Numbered from the stretch's first letter, positions 19,069-28,960 are shown. The stretch: DNA of 64,000 bases from Puniceicoccaceae bacterium (GCA_040830765.1 JBFOMH010000012.1:1-64000); one strand, 5' to 3'. Notes: a model not told the origin generated them from the letters alone. Numbers and translations are program-made.

Positions 19069-20407
19069 CGTTGATTCTATTCAAAAGGTCCTGCCTGCCT
19101 GAGTTGGCGATCACCCAAATAATCAGGGAAAGATAGGCAATGGAGCCGAAGACGCAGAAGATTGCGACAGAAATCACATCGTCCTTGAAATAGAGGAATC
19201 CGAGCCCCAATGCCAGGATCTTGCTTCCGGTGCTGAAGACCTCATAAATCAGGAGGCCTCGCTGCAGTCCCAGTGAGGGAATGGTCGCGACACTGGGCCG
19301 GTTGAGGAATCCGAAGTACATCCAAAGGGAAATCCATCTGGCGTAGACGCCCGCATGGTACCACTCGGAACCAAAGACGAGGCTGAAAATATAGGGGCCA
19401 AACAAGATGATAATCCCAAACGGGAACAAACCGACAAGCGCCATCATGGCCGTCGCCTTGACCAGCAGTTGCTTTGGGGATTCGCCACTATTTACGGCAT
19501 CGACTATCCTGGGATAGAAGACCTCACTCACCGATGTCCCAATGAGTCGGACTGGCGCGGCGACAATCTGCCTGGCAAGTGTGTAGAAGCCGGCAGAGGC
19601 CGGGCCAAAGAATCCGGCCAGCATCAGGACCGGCAGGCTTTGGGAAATCGAGTTGATGAAAATCTGCGGACACCGGTACAAGGGGAAGTCTTTGTATTCA
19701 CCCGCCAGGTCAACCAACCTGGAAACCTCAATCGTCTTGGTGCCGGGCTCGGGCGATTGCCATGTGCCTGACTTGCGGATACTCCTGATCATTACCAACG
19801 CTTGGGCAAGGACTCCTGCGAAAGTCGCCCAGATCAGACCCGCTCCCGTAGCCCAGAAGAGTCCCAGGATAATTTTCCCCCCATTCTGAAAGACGGCGTT
19901 CAGGACGTTGACCATGGCCACCGTCTTGAAAAGCTTGTGCCGGATCAGCCAGTACTGGGAAGATTGGACCACTTCCATGACCAGCAAGACAGCCGGCACC
20001 AGCAGGATGAGGCTTGAGATCGACTCCAGTGCCAACAACGGGCGGATCGCGTCCCCGAAGGCGATCAAAACAAGGAGCACCACCACACAGGTCGAGAAGG
20101 CGATTGCTACTGAAAGCCTGACCAGGTCCCGGGCCTCTGCCTCTTCAGGAGGCAGGACGATGGCGATTGGATACGACATCGAAATCACCGGCTTGAGCAT
20201 CGTTACAAAGGCCAGGAAACTACCAACCACACCAAATGCCTCCGGGCCATACAGCCTCGTGATGACAGGTGTTGCGGAAATGCCGATAAGTTGGGAAATG
20301 GCTGTTCCACCAGCAACAAGAGCAACACTCTTCAAGAAGTTGCTGCGTACCAGGGAAACCAGTTCTGCCCGGATCTTTGAGATCATTCCTGCACGATTTG
20401 GGGGCAA
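19040..20407 (-). CDS. wzx: Oligosaccharide flippase (Wzx)
   Basis: GTAISQLI...PVITRLYGPEAFG and about 12 TM segments. The exact start is uncertain. Confidence 0.85.
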   Translation of the reverse strand: MPPNRAGMISKIRAELVSLVRSNFLKSVALVAGGTAISQLIGISATPVITRLYGPEAFGVVGSFLAFVTMLKPVISMSYPIAIVLPPEEAEARDLVRLSVAIAFSTCVVVLLVLIAFGDAIRPLLALESISSLILLVPAVLLVMEVVQSSQYWLIRHKLFKTVAMVNVLNAVFQNGGKIILGLFWATGAGLIWATFAGVLAQALVMIRSIRKSGTWQSPEPGTKTIEVSRLVDLAGEYKDFPLYRCPQIFINSISQSLPVLMLAGFFGPASAGFYTLARQIVAAPVRLIGTSVSEVFYPRIVDAVNSGESPKQLLVKATAMMALVGLFPFGIIILFGPYIFSLVFGSEWYHAGVYARWISLWMYFGFLNRPSVATIPSLGLQRGLLIYEVFSTGSKILALGLGFLYFKDDVISVAIFCVFGSIAYLSLIIWVIANSGRQDLLNRINDERTNQDSP

Positions 20408-20420
20408 TTAAGACCTCGGC

Positions 20421-20927
20421 TCATTTCTTTTTCAACGGTGCCCCCAGCACCTTCTCGGCCAATGGCCAAAGCATACGCGTCTTCTTCCCCCACCCCTCAA
20501 GGGTATCCAACCGTTCCTTGAGCAGCTCGATTTCCTCCTCCGTGAAGCCATTCTGCTCCAGTTGTTCTTTCAGCTCAGCAACCCGGTCCCCGCTCTGCTG
20601 GAGATGGGGAAGGACATTCTCGTTCAGGACGCCGATCAAGAGCCGCCTTAAGGACATTTCCGGTCCGTACATCGTCCGGCGCTCATGCGGCGTATAGACA
20701 ACCTTCACCGCACCCATCCTTTGCAGGAACTTCAGTCCCTGGCTGGCCGAGCCCTTGGAAATCTCAAGGCGCTCAACGTAATCATCGAGCGCCAGCGGTT
20801 GCGGGGAGGCGAACGTGAGCCCGAACATGGCCCCTACCGACTTGGGCAGGGAAAAGGCGGTGGCCGCACTGATCCCCAAGGATACGAGAGATTGTTCAAA
20901 CTCGGTTAACTGGCCGTTATGCGGCAT
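20421..20927 (-). CDS. GbsR/MarR-family transcriptional regulator
   Basis: LPKSVGAMFG...PLALDD..ERLEISKGSASQGLKFL winged HTH. Confidence 0.8.
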   Translation of the reverse strand: MPHNGQLTEFEQSLVSLGISAATAFSLPKSVGAMFGLTFASPQPLALDDYVERLEISKGSASQGLKFLQRMGAVKVVYTPHERRTMYGPEMSLRRLLIGVLNENVLPHLQQSGDRVAELKEQLEQNGFTEEEIELLKERLDTLEGWGKKTRMLWPLAEKVLGAPLKKK

Positions 20928-21023
20928 GGGAATTAACCACGAAACACACGAAATAACACAGAAAGTACTATATCTTTAATAAAAAGAGTCCCCTTTCGGG
21001 TATTCCGTGGTTTGAAAAGAAAT

Positions 21024-22004
21024 CTAGAGCTTTTCCAGCTCAGCGGTGACCATGCGCTCCACCATTTCCTCAAAGGTCACCGTCGGGGTCCAGCCGAGGA
21101 TTCGCTTGGCCTTCGAGGCATTGCCACAAAGGGAGGCCGGCTCGACAACCGTGACCAGGCCGGGATCATGGTCAACATGGTCCTCCCAATTGAGATCGAC
21201 CACCTCGAAGGCGCGTTCGACCAACTGGCGGACTGTATGGAGTCGACCTGTCGCGAGGACAAAGTCATCCACCGCGTCAAGCTGGAGAATTCGGTGCATG
21301 GCATCGACATAGTCCGGTGCCCAGCCCCAGTCGCGGCGTCCGTCAAGGGCACCGAGGGAAAGTCGCTTCTGCAGCCCCTTCTTGATGCGTGCCGCCGCCC
21401 GGGCGATTTTCATGGTCACAAACTGACCACTGCGCCGAACCGACTCGTGGTTATAAAGGACCGCCGAACAGGTCTGGAGCCCATAGGCCGTGCGGTAGAT
21501 CCGGCAAATCTGCATCGAGAAGGCCTTCGCCGCGCCATAGGGTGTGGCCGGGTTGATCGGCGTCATCTCGTCCTGCGGGGAATAGCTCGGGGTCCCGAAA
21601 ATTTCACTGCTGCTGGCATAGAGGAACTTCATCGGGTGCTCAATGTCACGCAGGATCTCCAGCAGCCGCAATGTCGCCATGCCGACACTCTCCACGCTCG
21701 TCTCCGGCAACTCCAGACTCAGCCGCGGACTCGACATCGCCGCCAGGTGATAAAACTCGTCCGGCCGCGACTTGACAATGATCCGCCTCAAGTGGGTGGC
21801 GTCCTCAAAGCTCCCAGTATGAATAAAGAGCCGCTTGCCCATGATCTCCTCGTCACGGACCAAATGGGCGATGTTGCCGAATAGCAGTCCCTCCGGCCGG
21901 TGCGTCAGCCCGTGAACTGTGTAGTCCCGTTCCAGCAGGTGCTCCGCCAGATAGGAGCCGTCCTGGCCAGTTATTCCAGTAATGAAGGCGGTTTTCTCAC
22001 TCAT
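21024..22004 (-). CDS. gmd: GDP-mannose 4,6-dehydratase
   Basis: ITGITGQDGSYLAE, ASSSE, PYGAAK, NHES and RDWG. Start placed at ATG 22004. Confidence 0.92.
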   Translation of the reverse strand: MSEKTAFITGITGQDGSYLAEHLLERDYTVHGLTHRPEGLLFGNIAHLVRDEEIMGKRLFIHTGSFEDATHLRRIIVKSRPDEFYHLAAMSSPRLSLELPETSVESVGMATLRLLEILRDIEHPMKFLYASSSEIFGTPSYSPQDEMTPINPATPYGAAKAFSMQICRIYRTAYGLQTCSAVLYNHESVRRSGQFVTMKIARAAARIKKGLQKRLSLGALDGRRDWGWAPDYVDAMHRILQLDAVDDFVLATGRLHTVRQLVERAFEVVDLNWEDHVDHDPGLVTVVEPASLCGNASKAKRILGWTPTVTFEEMVERMVTAELEKL

Positions 22005-22151
22005 GGTGTCTCTTTCCAAGGAATACACCGAATTCGCGGAAAGCGAGTCTTTCGTGTATTCCTGGTATTCCGTATTATCAAATCACGCTGCCGCCCTTGG
22101 TCGATTCCGCAATTCCGCGGAAAACCAATGCCAGCTACAATATAGACTGCG

Positions 22152-22213
22152 TATCCAAATTGGATAGCCACTGTTTTGAGGCCAAAGTTCAGAGAGTTCA
22201 AGAAAAAATGAAC
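22152..22213. promoter_or_regulatory. Candidate operators upstream of gmd: TATCCAA-A-TTGGATA and GTTCA-N8-TGAAC
   Basis: Perfect inverted repeats at 22152-22166 and 22196-22213; function is inferred. Confidence 0.35.
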
Positions 22214-22236
22214 AAAAAGCGGAGAACTGAAGGGGA

Positions 22237-22285
22237 GTCGGGCCTTCAGGCCCGGTTGTGCTGTGACCGGCCCTGAAGGGCCGAC
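22237..22285. repeat. Long imperfect hairpin (GCCCTGAAGGGC-type REP or terminator) downstream of lepB
   Basis: GTCGGGCCTTCAGGCCCGGT...ACCGGCCCTGAAGGGCCGAC. Confidence 0.55.
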
Positions 22286-22299
22286 GCTTGAACGGTTGC

Positions 22300-23535
22300 C
22301 TACTTCGCCGGCCCGAAGCGGTGGGAGAAGGGGTAGTAGATGAAAAAGGCTTTGCCGACGAGCTCGGTCTGGGGAACAAATCCCCACATCCGGGAGTCGG
22401 CGGAATTGGGGGAATTATCGCCCATGGCGAAATAGTGACCCTCTGGGATGGTCACTGGATCATCCCCCCGGAAAAAGGGCAGCGGGTAATTGCTGGAGGA
22501 ACTGGGATAGACGTAGCCGGAGTACTCACCGACCTGCCCGGCATTGAGGTTGAAGGCCTCTGCCCCCGTGTTCGGCTCGCCATTACGGAGAAGGACCGGC
22601 GGCTCGATCTTGAGGGTATCCCCAGGCCCGCCGACGGCCCGCTTGATGTAATACTTTCCCCTGTTGTCGCGATCGATGTTCTCCAAGTTATCGGTCCGGA
22701 AAACAATCGGGTCCCCCACCTTGGGCCGCCGGAAGTGATAGCTCATGCGGTCGACGAAGAGCTGGTCACCTGTCAGCAGGTCGAAGGAGAACGCGGTATC
22801 GCCCTCCCCTGCGATAATTCCCGTCTTGAGGACACGCGTTCCATCAGAAAGGAAGGCCGGGCGTCCATGGGCGCTTTCGAAGAGCGGCATCAGGACCTGG
22901 CGCATATCGAACTCGATCGGCAGGTCAACCGTTACCGGTTCCTCGCCAACATAGAAGGTGTAGCGCAGCTTCTGGGCCGGCAGGACGAGCCACTTGCGTC
23001 CCTTGACCAGCTTGATGTCCGGATTCCCCTTGCCAGTGATCTTGAGCGAAAGCTCGCCACCGGCATCCGTCTTGATGGCCTTGTGCTTGGCCCCAAGGGT
23101 GATAAAACGGAAGGCCTGCACCGGCAGGGATGGCCCTTCCTCTTCGACATAGACCGCGGCGGTCATCCCGTTGTAGGTCGGGTACATCGAATTGGTAGGA
23201 ATCTTGAAGGGCTGGAGGAAAAAGGTCCGGATTCCGATAGCGACAATGGCGGCAAAGAGGACCATCTCAGCATTTTCAGCGATCCAGTTCCGCGGATAAA
23301 AGGTCCCGCCGGTCTTCTTCATGATCGGCTCCATCTCATTCTGGACAATTTTGAAGCCCTCGGTCGGGGTCGACTTGTCCTTCAGCAGGTGCCGCATCCG
23401 ATCGATGACATTCTTCAGCGCGGCACGGTCCGCTTCCGGGAGGATATCCTCGCGGTAGGCAAAAATCTTTTCGGCCATCTGCAGCTGCTCGGTGGCCGCC
23501 TTGCGGACCTTCTTTTGGGGATTGGAGAAAAACAT
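22300..23535 (-). CDS. lepB: Signal peptidase I
   Basis: IPTNSMYPT (Ser), YYIKRAVG (Lys) and GDNSPNSADSRMWG; follows lepA. Confidence 0.93.
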   Translation of the reverse strand: MFFSNPQKKVRKAATEQLQMAEKIFAYREDILPEADRAALKNVIDRMRHLLKDKSTPTEGFKIVQNEMEPIMKKTGGTFYPRNWIAENAEMVLFAAIVAIGIRTFFLQPFKIPTNSMYPTYNGMTAAVYVEEEGPSLPVQAFRFITLGAKHKAIKTDAGGELSLKITGKGNPDIKLVKGRKWLVLPAQKLRYTFYVGEEPVTVDLPIEFDMRQVLMPLFESAHGRPAFLSDGTRVLKTGIIAGEGDTAFSFDLLTGDQLFVDRMSYHFRRPKVGDPIVFRTDNLENIDRDNRGKYYIKRAVGGPGDTLKIEPPVLLRNGEPNTGAEAFNLNAGQVGEYSGYVYPSSSSNYPLPFFRGDDPVTIPEGHYFAMGDNSPNSADSRMWGFVPQTELVGKAFFIYYPFSHRFGPAK

Positions 23536-23613
23536 GGGCGATCGTAGGATTGGACGAGGAAAAGGATCTTTTGTTGAATGAAACTTCGTTACAAATCAAA
23601 AATGGTTGGTCAG

Positions 23614-23668
23614 GTAGCGAGCGCCTTTATGGCGCGACACGCTATCGCGGGATAAACCCGCTCGCTAC
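23614..23668. repeat. GTAG-type REP doublet (REPIN-like), 55 bp
   Basis: GTAGCGAGCGCCTTTATGGCGCGA...TCGCGGGATAAACCCGCTCGCTAC; near-identical copies at 38550 and 38613. Confidence 0.85.
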
Positions 23669-23686
23669 AGTACGCGAAAAGATACA

Positions 23687-25492
23687 TCAGCGGCTGGTGT
23701 TCTTGAGGATGTCGACGAAGGCTTCCTGCGGGATGGCTACCTTGCCGACCTGCTTCATGCGCTTTTTGCCTTCCTTCTGCTTTTCGAGCAGCTTGCGCTT
23801 ACGGGTGATATCCCCGCCGTAACACTTGGCCGTAACGTCCTTGCGCAGGGCCCCAAGCGTCTCCCGGGCCACCACCTTCCCCCCGATGGAGGCCTGGATG
23901 GCCACCTTGAAGAGTTGACGGGGAAGGATCTCCTTCAGCTTCTCACACAGCTGCCGCCCCTTGGCCTCCGCCTTGTCCACATGGACAATGCTGGAGAAGG
24001 CATCCACTGGCTCGGCGTTGACCAGGATGTCCAGCCGCACCAGCTTGCTCTCCTGATACTCCGCCAGCTCATAGTCCATGGAACCATAGCCCTTGGTGAT
24101 GCTCTTCAGCCTATCATTGAAATCAACGAGGATCTCATTCAGCGGCAAATGGGCAGTCATCATGACGCGCGTGGTGTCCAATGTCTCCGTATGGTCGACA
24201 TAGCCCCGCTTTTCCGTCACCAAGGCAAGGATATCCCCGATAGCGGAGGAGGGAATATGGACCGTCGCCTTGATCGTTGGCTCCGAGACGGAGCTTATCT
24301 CCGACGGGTCCGGCAGGTTCATCGGGTTATGGACCTCCAGCTCCGTGCCGTCGCTCTTGAGCACTTTGTAGACAACACTTGGATACGTCGAAATGATATC
24401 CAGATCGTATTCCCGCCGCAGCCGCTCGGTGACTATCTCCATGTGCAGCAGGCCAAGAAATCCACAACGGAATCCAAAGCCCAGCGCTACCGAAGTCTCC
24501 GCGGTAAAGACCAGCGCTGCATCATTCAACTGCAGCTTGGCCATGCTCACCTTCAGTTTCTCGTAGTCACTTGTATCGATAGGGTAGATACCAGAAAAGA
24601 CCATCGGGCGCACCTCCTGGTAACCCGGGAGCATCTCCTCCGCCGGCTGGATGGACTGGGTGATGGTATCCCCGATCTTGATCTGTGAGACCTCCTTGAC
24701 GTTGGTCACGATGTAGCCAACCGCGCCCGCCTCGAGCGAATCGGTCTTTTTCATGCCCGGGGAGAATATCCCGACCTCCTTGACTTCGGCTTTCTTGCCG
24801 TCGCTCATCATAAGGACCGTGTCCCCCCGCTTGATAGTCCCGGAGAAGACCCGGACGTAGCAGATAACCCCCTTGAAGGCGTCGTAGACACAGTCAAAAA
24901 TCAGCGTCCGCGTCGCGGCGTAGTCACCCCAGCGCGGCGGCGGAACCCGATTGACAATGGCTTCCAGGATCTCTGGAACCCCGAGCCCGGACTTAGCGCT
25001 GGCATGGATCGCCTCGTCGGCCGGGATGGCGAGGATATCCTCCAGCTGATGTTCGCACATCGGGATGTCGGCGCTCGGGAGGTCCACCTTATTGATGACC
25101 GGAATGACCTCCATCCCCAAGTCGATGGCAAGGTGGGCGTTTGCCACCGTCTGGGCCTCGATTCCCTGGGCGGCATCGACCAGCAACAAGGCTCCCTCGC
25201 AAGCTGCCAGGCTCCGTGAAACCTCATAGGAAAAATCAACGTGTCCGGGCGTGTCGATCAGGTTGAAGATATAATCCGTCCCATCGGCCGCCTTGTGCTT
25301 CAGCGTCACCGGATGGCTCTTGATGGTGATGCCCCGTTCCCGCTCCAGGTCCATCGAGTCCAGCAACTGCTCCTGCATCTCCCGCTGGCTCACCGTCTGG
25401 GTAGCCTCCAGCAGACGATCGCTCAGCGTCGTCTTCCCATGGTCAATATGGGCGATAATGCAGAAACTGCGGATTTTCGAGAGTTCGGACAT
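23687..25492 (-). CDS. lepA: Elongation factor 4
   Basis: AHIDHGKTTL, DTPGHVDF and C-terminal RKDVTAKCYGGDITRKRKLLEKQKEGK. Confidence 0.98.
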   Translation of the reverse strand: MSELSKIRSFCIIAHIDHGKTTLSDRLLEATQTVSQREMQEQLLDSMDLERERGITIKSHPVTLKHKAADGTDYIFNLIDTPGHVDFSYEVSRSLAACEGALLLVDAAQGIEAQTVANAHLAIDLGMEVIPVINKVDLPSADIPMCEHQLEDILAIPADEAIHASAKSGLGVPEILEAIVNRVPPPRWGDYAATRTLIFDCVYDAFKGVICYVRVFSGTIKRGDTVLMMSDGKKAEVKEVGIFSPGMKKTDSLEAGAVGYIVTNVKEVSQIKIGDTITQSIQPAEEMLPGYQEVRPMVFSGIYPIDTSDYEKLKVSMAKLQLNDAALVFTAETSVALGFGFRCGFLGLLHMEIVTERLRREYDLDIISTYPSVVYKVLKSDGTELEVHNPMNLPDPSEISSVSEPTIKATVHIPSSAIGDILALVTEKRGYVDHTETLDTTRVMMTAHLPLNEILVDFNDRLKSITKGYGSMDYELAEYQESKLVRLDILVNAEPVDAFSSIVHVDKAEAKGRQLCEKLKEILPRQLFKVAIQASIGGKVVARETLGALRKDVTAKCYGGDITRKRKLLEKQKEGKKRMKQVGKVAIPQEAFVDILKNTSR

Positions 25493-25500
25493 ATTAAAAT

Positions 25501-25592
25501 CTTAATCTAAGCCTTAATCTTGATCTTAATCCTATACCCAATCCATCACGCGGCCACAATAGACTAAGATCAAGATTAAGGCTAAGATTAAG
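25501..25592. repeat. 31-bp inverted repeat built from AAGATT hexamers
   Basis: Arms 25501-25531 and 25562-25592 with 2 mismatches; the same hexamer run occurs at 28925-28960. Confidence 0.8.
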
Positions 25593-25601
25593 ACCGAGGT
25601 A

Positions 25602-26510
25602 TTACAGGTCAGCGTACTCGGCGATGGAAGTGACGCTCAGGGCGCGGTCGGTGCGCTTGGCCAGTCCGGCGAGGACACCCCCTACCCCGCATTCGTAGAA
25701 TTCAGTGATTCCCTGGGCAGCGGCCTCGCGCAGGCAATCCTCCCAGAGGACGCTCGAGACCACCTGCTTGGCCAGGGCGGTCCGGATTTCGTCCGGCGTT
25801 TTCACCGCCTTGCCGGTGGTGTTGCTGAGAACGGTCAGCTTGGGCTCCGCAATCTCGACCCCGGCAAGAAACTGCTCAAAGGCCACGCGGGCCGGCTCCA
25901 TCAACCGGCTGTGATAGGCACCGGCCACCTTAAGCGGGACCACCATGCGAAAATTCCCCGCTTCCTTGGCCGCCTTGACCGCTTCCGCCACCTTGGCCGA
26001 TTCGCCGGATATGACAATCTGGCCCGGGCAATTCAAATTCGCCATGTCCACATCGTGGGCCGCACAGAGCTCCTCGACCGCTTCGCGGCTCCCGCCGATC
26101 ATGCTGGCCATGGCCCCGTCCGTTGCATCGCAGGCTTCCTGCATCAGACGACCGCGCTCGGCAACTACCCGCAGGCCGTCTTCAAAACTGAAGGCCTCCG
26201 CCGCAGCCAGTGCTGTCAGCTCGCCAAGGCTCAGTCCGGCTGCCAGGGTGGCATCATCGGCCTTGCCGGCCTCCTTGAGGAGCATATAAACCGCATAACC
26301 ATGCACATAGAGGGCCGGCTGGCAGACCCGGGTCTCCGTCAGGGTTTCCTCCGGGCCCTCAAAGCAGATCTGGCTCAACGGCTGGTCCCAGCCCAGCACG
26401 GCATCCGCCTGCGCATAGATGGCTTTGGCCGTGGCACTGCCTTCGACAAGGCTCTTGCCCATGCCCACCTTCTGGGCTCCCTGCCCTGAAAATAATAATC
26501 CTTTCGACAT
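25602..26510 (-). CDS. fabD: Malonyl CoA-ACP transacylase
   Basis: FSGQGAQ, GLSLGE and VAGAYHS. Start placed at ATG 26510. Confidence 0.95.
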   Translation of the reverse strand: MSKGLLFSGQGAQKVGMGKSLVEGSATAKAIYAQADAVLGWDQPLSQICFEGPEETLTETRVCQPALYVHGYAVYMLLKEAGKADDATLAAGLSLGELTALAAAEAFSFEDGLRVVAERGRLMQEACDATDGAMASMIGGSREAVEELCAAHDVDMANLNCPGQIVISGESAKVAEAVKAAKEAGNFRMVVPLKVAGAYHSRLMEPARVAFEQFLAGVEIAEPKLTVLSNTTGKAVKTPDEIRTALAKQVVSSVLWEDCLREAAAQGITEFYECGVGGVLAGLAKRTDRALSVTSIAEYADL

Positions 26511-26669
26511 AAGCGGGGAATCCAAAGCGGCTCCGGGGCGGAAGGCAAGTCTAAGGACGAAGGGCAAATACGATGCGATTGGCCCCGCTTCGCTACGGTA
26601 CGCGGGGCACGGTTCATGCTAATTTCAATTCTGCATGGCTGTGCCATGCGTAGCCCGCAGGGCGAAGCA

Positions 26670-27021
26670 TGGTGGAGGTGAGGGGATTTGAACCCCTGTC
26701 CCAGTCGCTTCAAAAAACCGTTTCTACAAGCTTAGCTGCTTAATTGAATCTCGCCGGCGGGGCGCGAAACAGCACGCTCCCTTTAGGCCAGTCACCTGTT
26801 GAATACAGCCGCGTCCCGGTGGCCCGGACAACGGCTATGCCCGCAAGTCGTCGGATCCCCCCGTAGCGGGTGTCAGGGGTTCACCGTCACAGCTTAATTA
26901 AGCTGCGAGAGCGTATTCGCTTTCGCCATTTAATTGGCTTGGTCGATTTTTAAGGAGCCTTCGACCAACTCCTGCTTGCCACGATAAAAATTCACGACCG
27001 GTCGAATTCCATAACACCCCC
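26670..27021 (-). ncRNA. ssrA: tmRNA; tag peptide (A)GESEYALAA
   Basis: 5' end GGGGGTGTTATGGAATTCGAC and 3' end GGGGTTCAAATCCCCTCACCTCCACCA, with a G3-U acceptor pair. The tag ORF at 26927-26898 ends YALAA-stop. Confidence 0.95.
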
Positions 27022-27131
27022 ATAAAGGTTCATGGGATTGACCATTGGCGTGTGTGACCAATGTCAAAGAACCAAGCCTGATAGTATCGCTTAAATAGCA
27101 GGCCTTTGTCAAGTAGAGCAGCAACCATCCC

Positions 27132-28781
27132 TCACGGCTTCATCCGGAAGAACACCATCCCTACCCCATCCATTTCGTACTGGGTCAGGTTTTGTGGATC
27201 GAGGTCAGTCCAGGTGACTAAATCCGTGGTAGCCTGGATGATGCCTCCGACCTGGTGGAGCTCAAGGAAGTCCCCGGCCAGTTCCATATCGAAGAACGGA
27301 TAGAAGGCCTCTGTGCTATAACCGGCAAAGGTGCTTCCCCATGCCGTATTGCCGGAGACATAGTAGATGACCATATCCGGGTTGGAATTGCGGAAGGCAT
27401 ACTGCTCCAAGGCGGGCGGATCTCCCAGGAAGTAGATAGTGGACAAGCTCGAACACCTCCCTAAGGCCCAATCCCCAATGGAAGTGACCGTGGCGGGAAC
27501 GACCACATTGTTCAGGCTTTCGTCGTTGGAAAAGGTTCCATCAGGGATTGAAGTGAGTGGCGCATTGATGTGCACCGTCGCCAGTTTCAAACAGACCGAA
27601 AATACATGAGTACCCATGGAGGTGACCCCGCTTCCGATGGTAGCGCTGACAAGGCTTTCATCCGACATAAAAGCAAAGTCGCCAATTGTCGTTACGCTGT
27701 CCGGTATATCGATATGGGTCAGTGCCTTGCAATTGCGGAAACCATGCGCCCCGATGGAGATCAGCCCGTCCGGTAAAGTGATGCTGGATATACTGAGGCA
27801 ATCATAAAAGGCGAAGTCACCGATGGAAGTCAGGCCATCCGGCAGGACCACGCCATCCAGCTTCACGCATGCCCGGAATGCATCTTTCCCGATCGACGTA
27901 ACCCCGCTGCCGATTGAAATGCTATTCAAGTTGCTGCACTGGTAGAACATCAGATCACTGATTTCGGTCACGCCATCAGGAATACGGATTGTCGAAAGGT
28001 TGGTGCATTCCCGGAAGGCCTGGGCTCCGATTGAGGTCACGCTGTCCGGGAGGGGGATTAACAACAGGCTGCTGCATTGATAAAATGCCTGGGCGTCGAT
28101 CCTGGTGAGCCCGGTTCCAAAGTTGATGGTGTGGAGGTAACGACAGGCCCAGAAGGCGGAGTTCCCGATGAAGGTCAGGCTGTCCGGAAACGTTATGCTG
28201 GTCAGGCCGATGCAGTCCTTGAAGACGGTTTGCCCGATGGACTCAAGGTTGCTGCCCAAATCAATACTGGTCAGGCCAGTGCACTTGTAGAAGGTCCCGA
28301 TTTCCAGGGAGGTAAGGCCATTGCCGATGACGACTTGCGCAAGGTTCGGGCAGGTATCGAAGACGTAGGACCCCATTGATGTCACGCTGTCCGGGATGGT
28401 TATGGACTCCAAACTGCCGCACACCCGGAACGCTCCGTGCCCGATGTAGGTAACGTTGGGGCCAATCGTCACTGCGGTGAGCGCGGTGCAGGAAATAAAG
28501 GCGTAGTCCCCGATTTCCGTTACCGATGCGGGAATAATGACAGAGGTCATGTTCGCATTGTTCTCAAAGGCATAATCCCCCAGCTTTAATACAGCAATTG
28601 ATTCGCCAACCGTGGAAGGAACTACCACATCCCCACCGACGCCGGTGTAACCGGTAATGGTGGCACCTCCGTTCTCCTCAATATATTCCCAGTCGCCATC
28701 GGTGAGGGCTAAGGCGGGAGCGGGGGCCAGGATAAGGGTGAACAATATACCGATGAGGGAACAGCCGGTACGGTGTTTCAT
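27132..28781 (-). CDS. BspA-family leucine-rich-repeat secreted/surface protein
   Basis: Signal peptide and many IPDSVTSIG..AF..C..L repeats; C-terminal QATTDLVTW...FFR tail. Confidence 0.9.
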   Translation of the reverse strand: MKHRTGCSLIGILFTLILAPAPALALTDGDWEYIEENGGATITGYTGVGGDVVVPSTVGESIAVLKLGDYAFENNANMTSVIIPASVTEIGDYAFISCTALTAVTIGPNVTYIGHGAFRVCGSLESITIPDSVTSMGSYVFDTCPNLAQVVIGNGLTSLEIGTFYKCTGLTSIDLGSNLESIGQTVFKDCIGLTSITFPDSLTFIGNSAFWACRYLHTINFGTGLTRIDAQAFYQCSSLLLIPLPDSVTSIGAQAFRECTNLSTIRIPDGVTEISDLMFYQCSNLNSISIGSGVTSIGKDAFRACVKLDGVVLPDGLTSIGDFAFYDCLSISSITLPDGLISIGAHGFRNCKALTHIDIPDSVTTIGDFAFMSDESLVSATIGSGVTSMGTHVFSVCLKLATVHINAPLTSIPDGTFSNDESLNNVVVPATVTSIGDWALGRCSSLSTIYFLGDPPALEQYAFRNSNPDMVIYYVSGNTAWGSTFAGYSTEAFYPFFDMELAGDFLELHQVGGIIQATTDLVTWTDLDPQNLTQYEMDGVGMVFFRMKP

Positions 28782-28924
28782 GGTTAGACCTTCGGTTTGG
28801 GGTTGGAGTAGAAGAGCTGGGAATGGGATATATCAGGCTCCCTAAAAGGTCAATGGAATTAGGCCCCGGATCCCTTGGAGCTAGCTTTCACGACCTTACC
28901 GATGGCTGCAGGATCGTGGGTGAT

Positions 28925-28960
28925 GAGATTAAGATTAAGGCTAAGATTGAGATTAAGATT
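28925..28960. repeat. AAGATT hexamer tandem repeat
   Basis: GAGATTAAGATTAAGGCTAAGATTGAGATTAAGATT. Confidence 0.7.

Noticed and set aside
26670..26700. tRNA gene
   Set aside because: The T-arm and CCA belong to the tmRNA; the matching 5' end lies about 350 nt away with a tag ORF in between.
26930..27124. 64-aa ORF in the track
   Set aside because: It overlaps the tmRNA 5' half and its promoter region and is not a credible protein gene.
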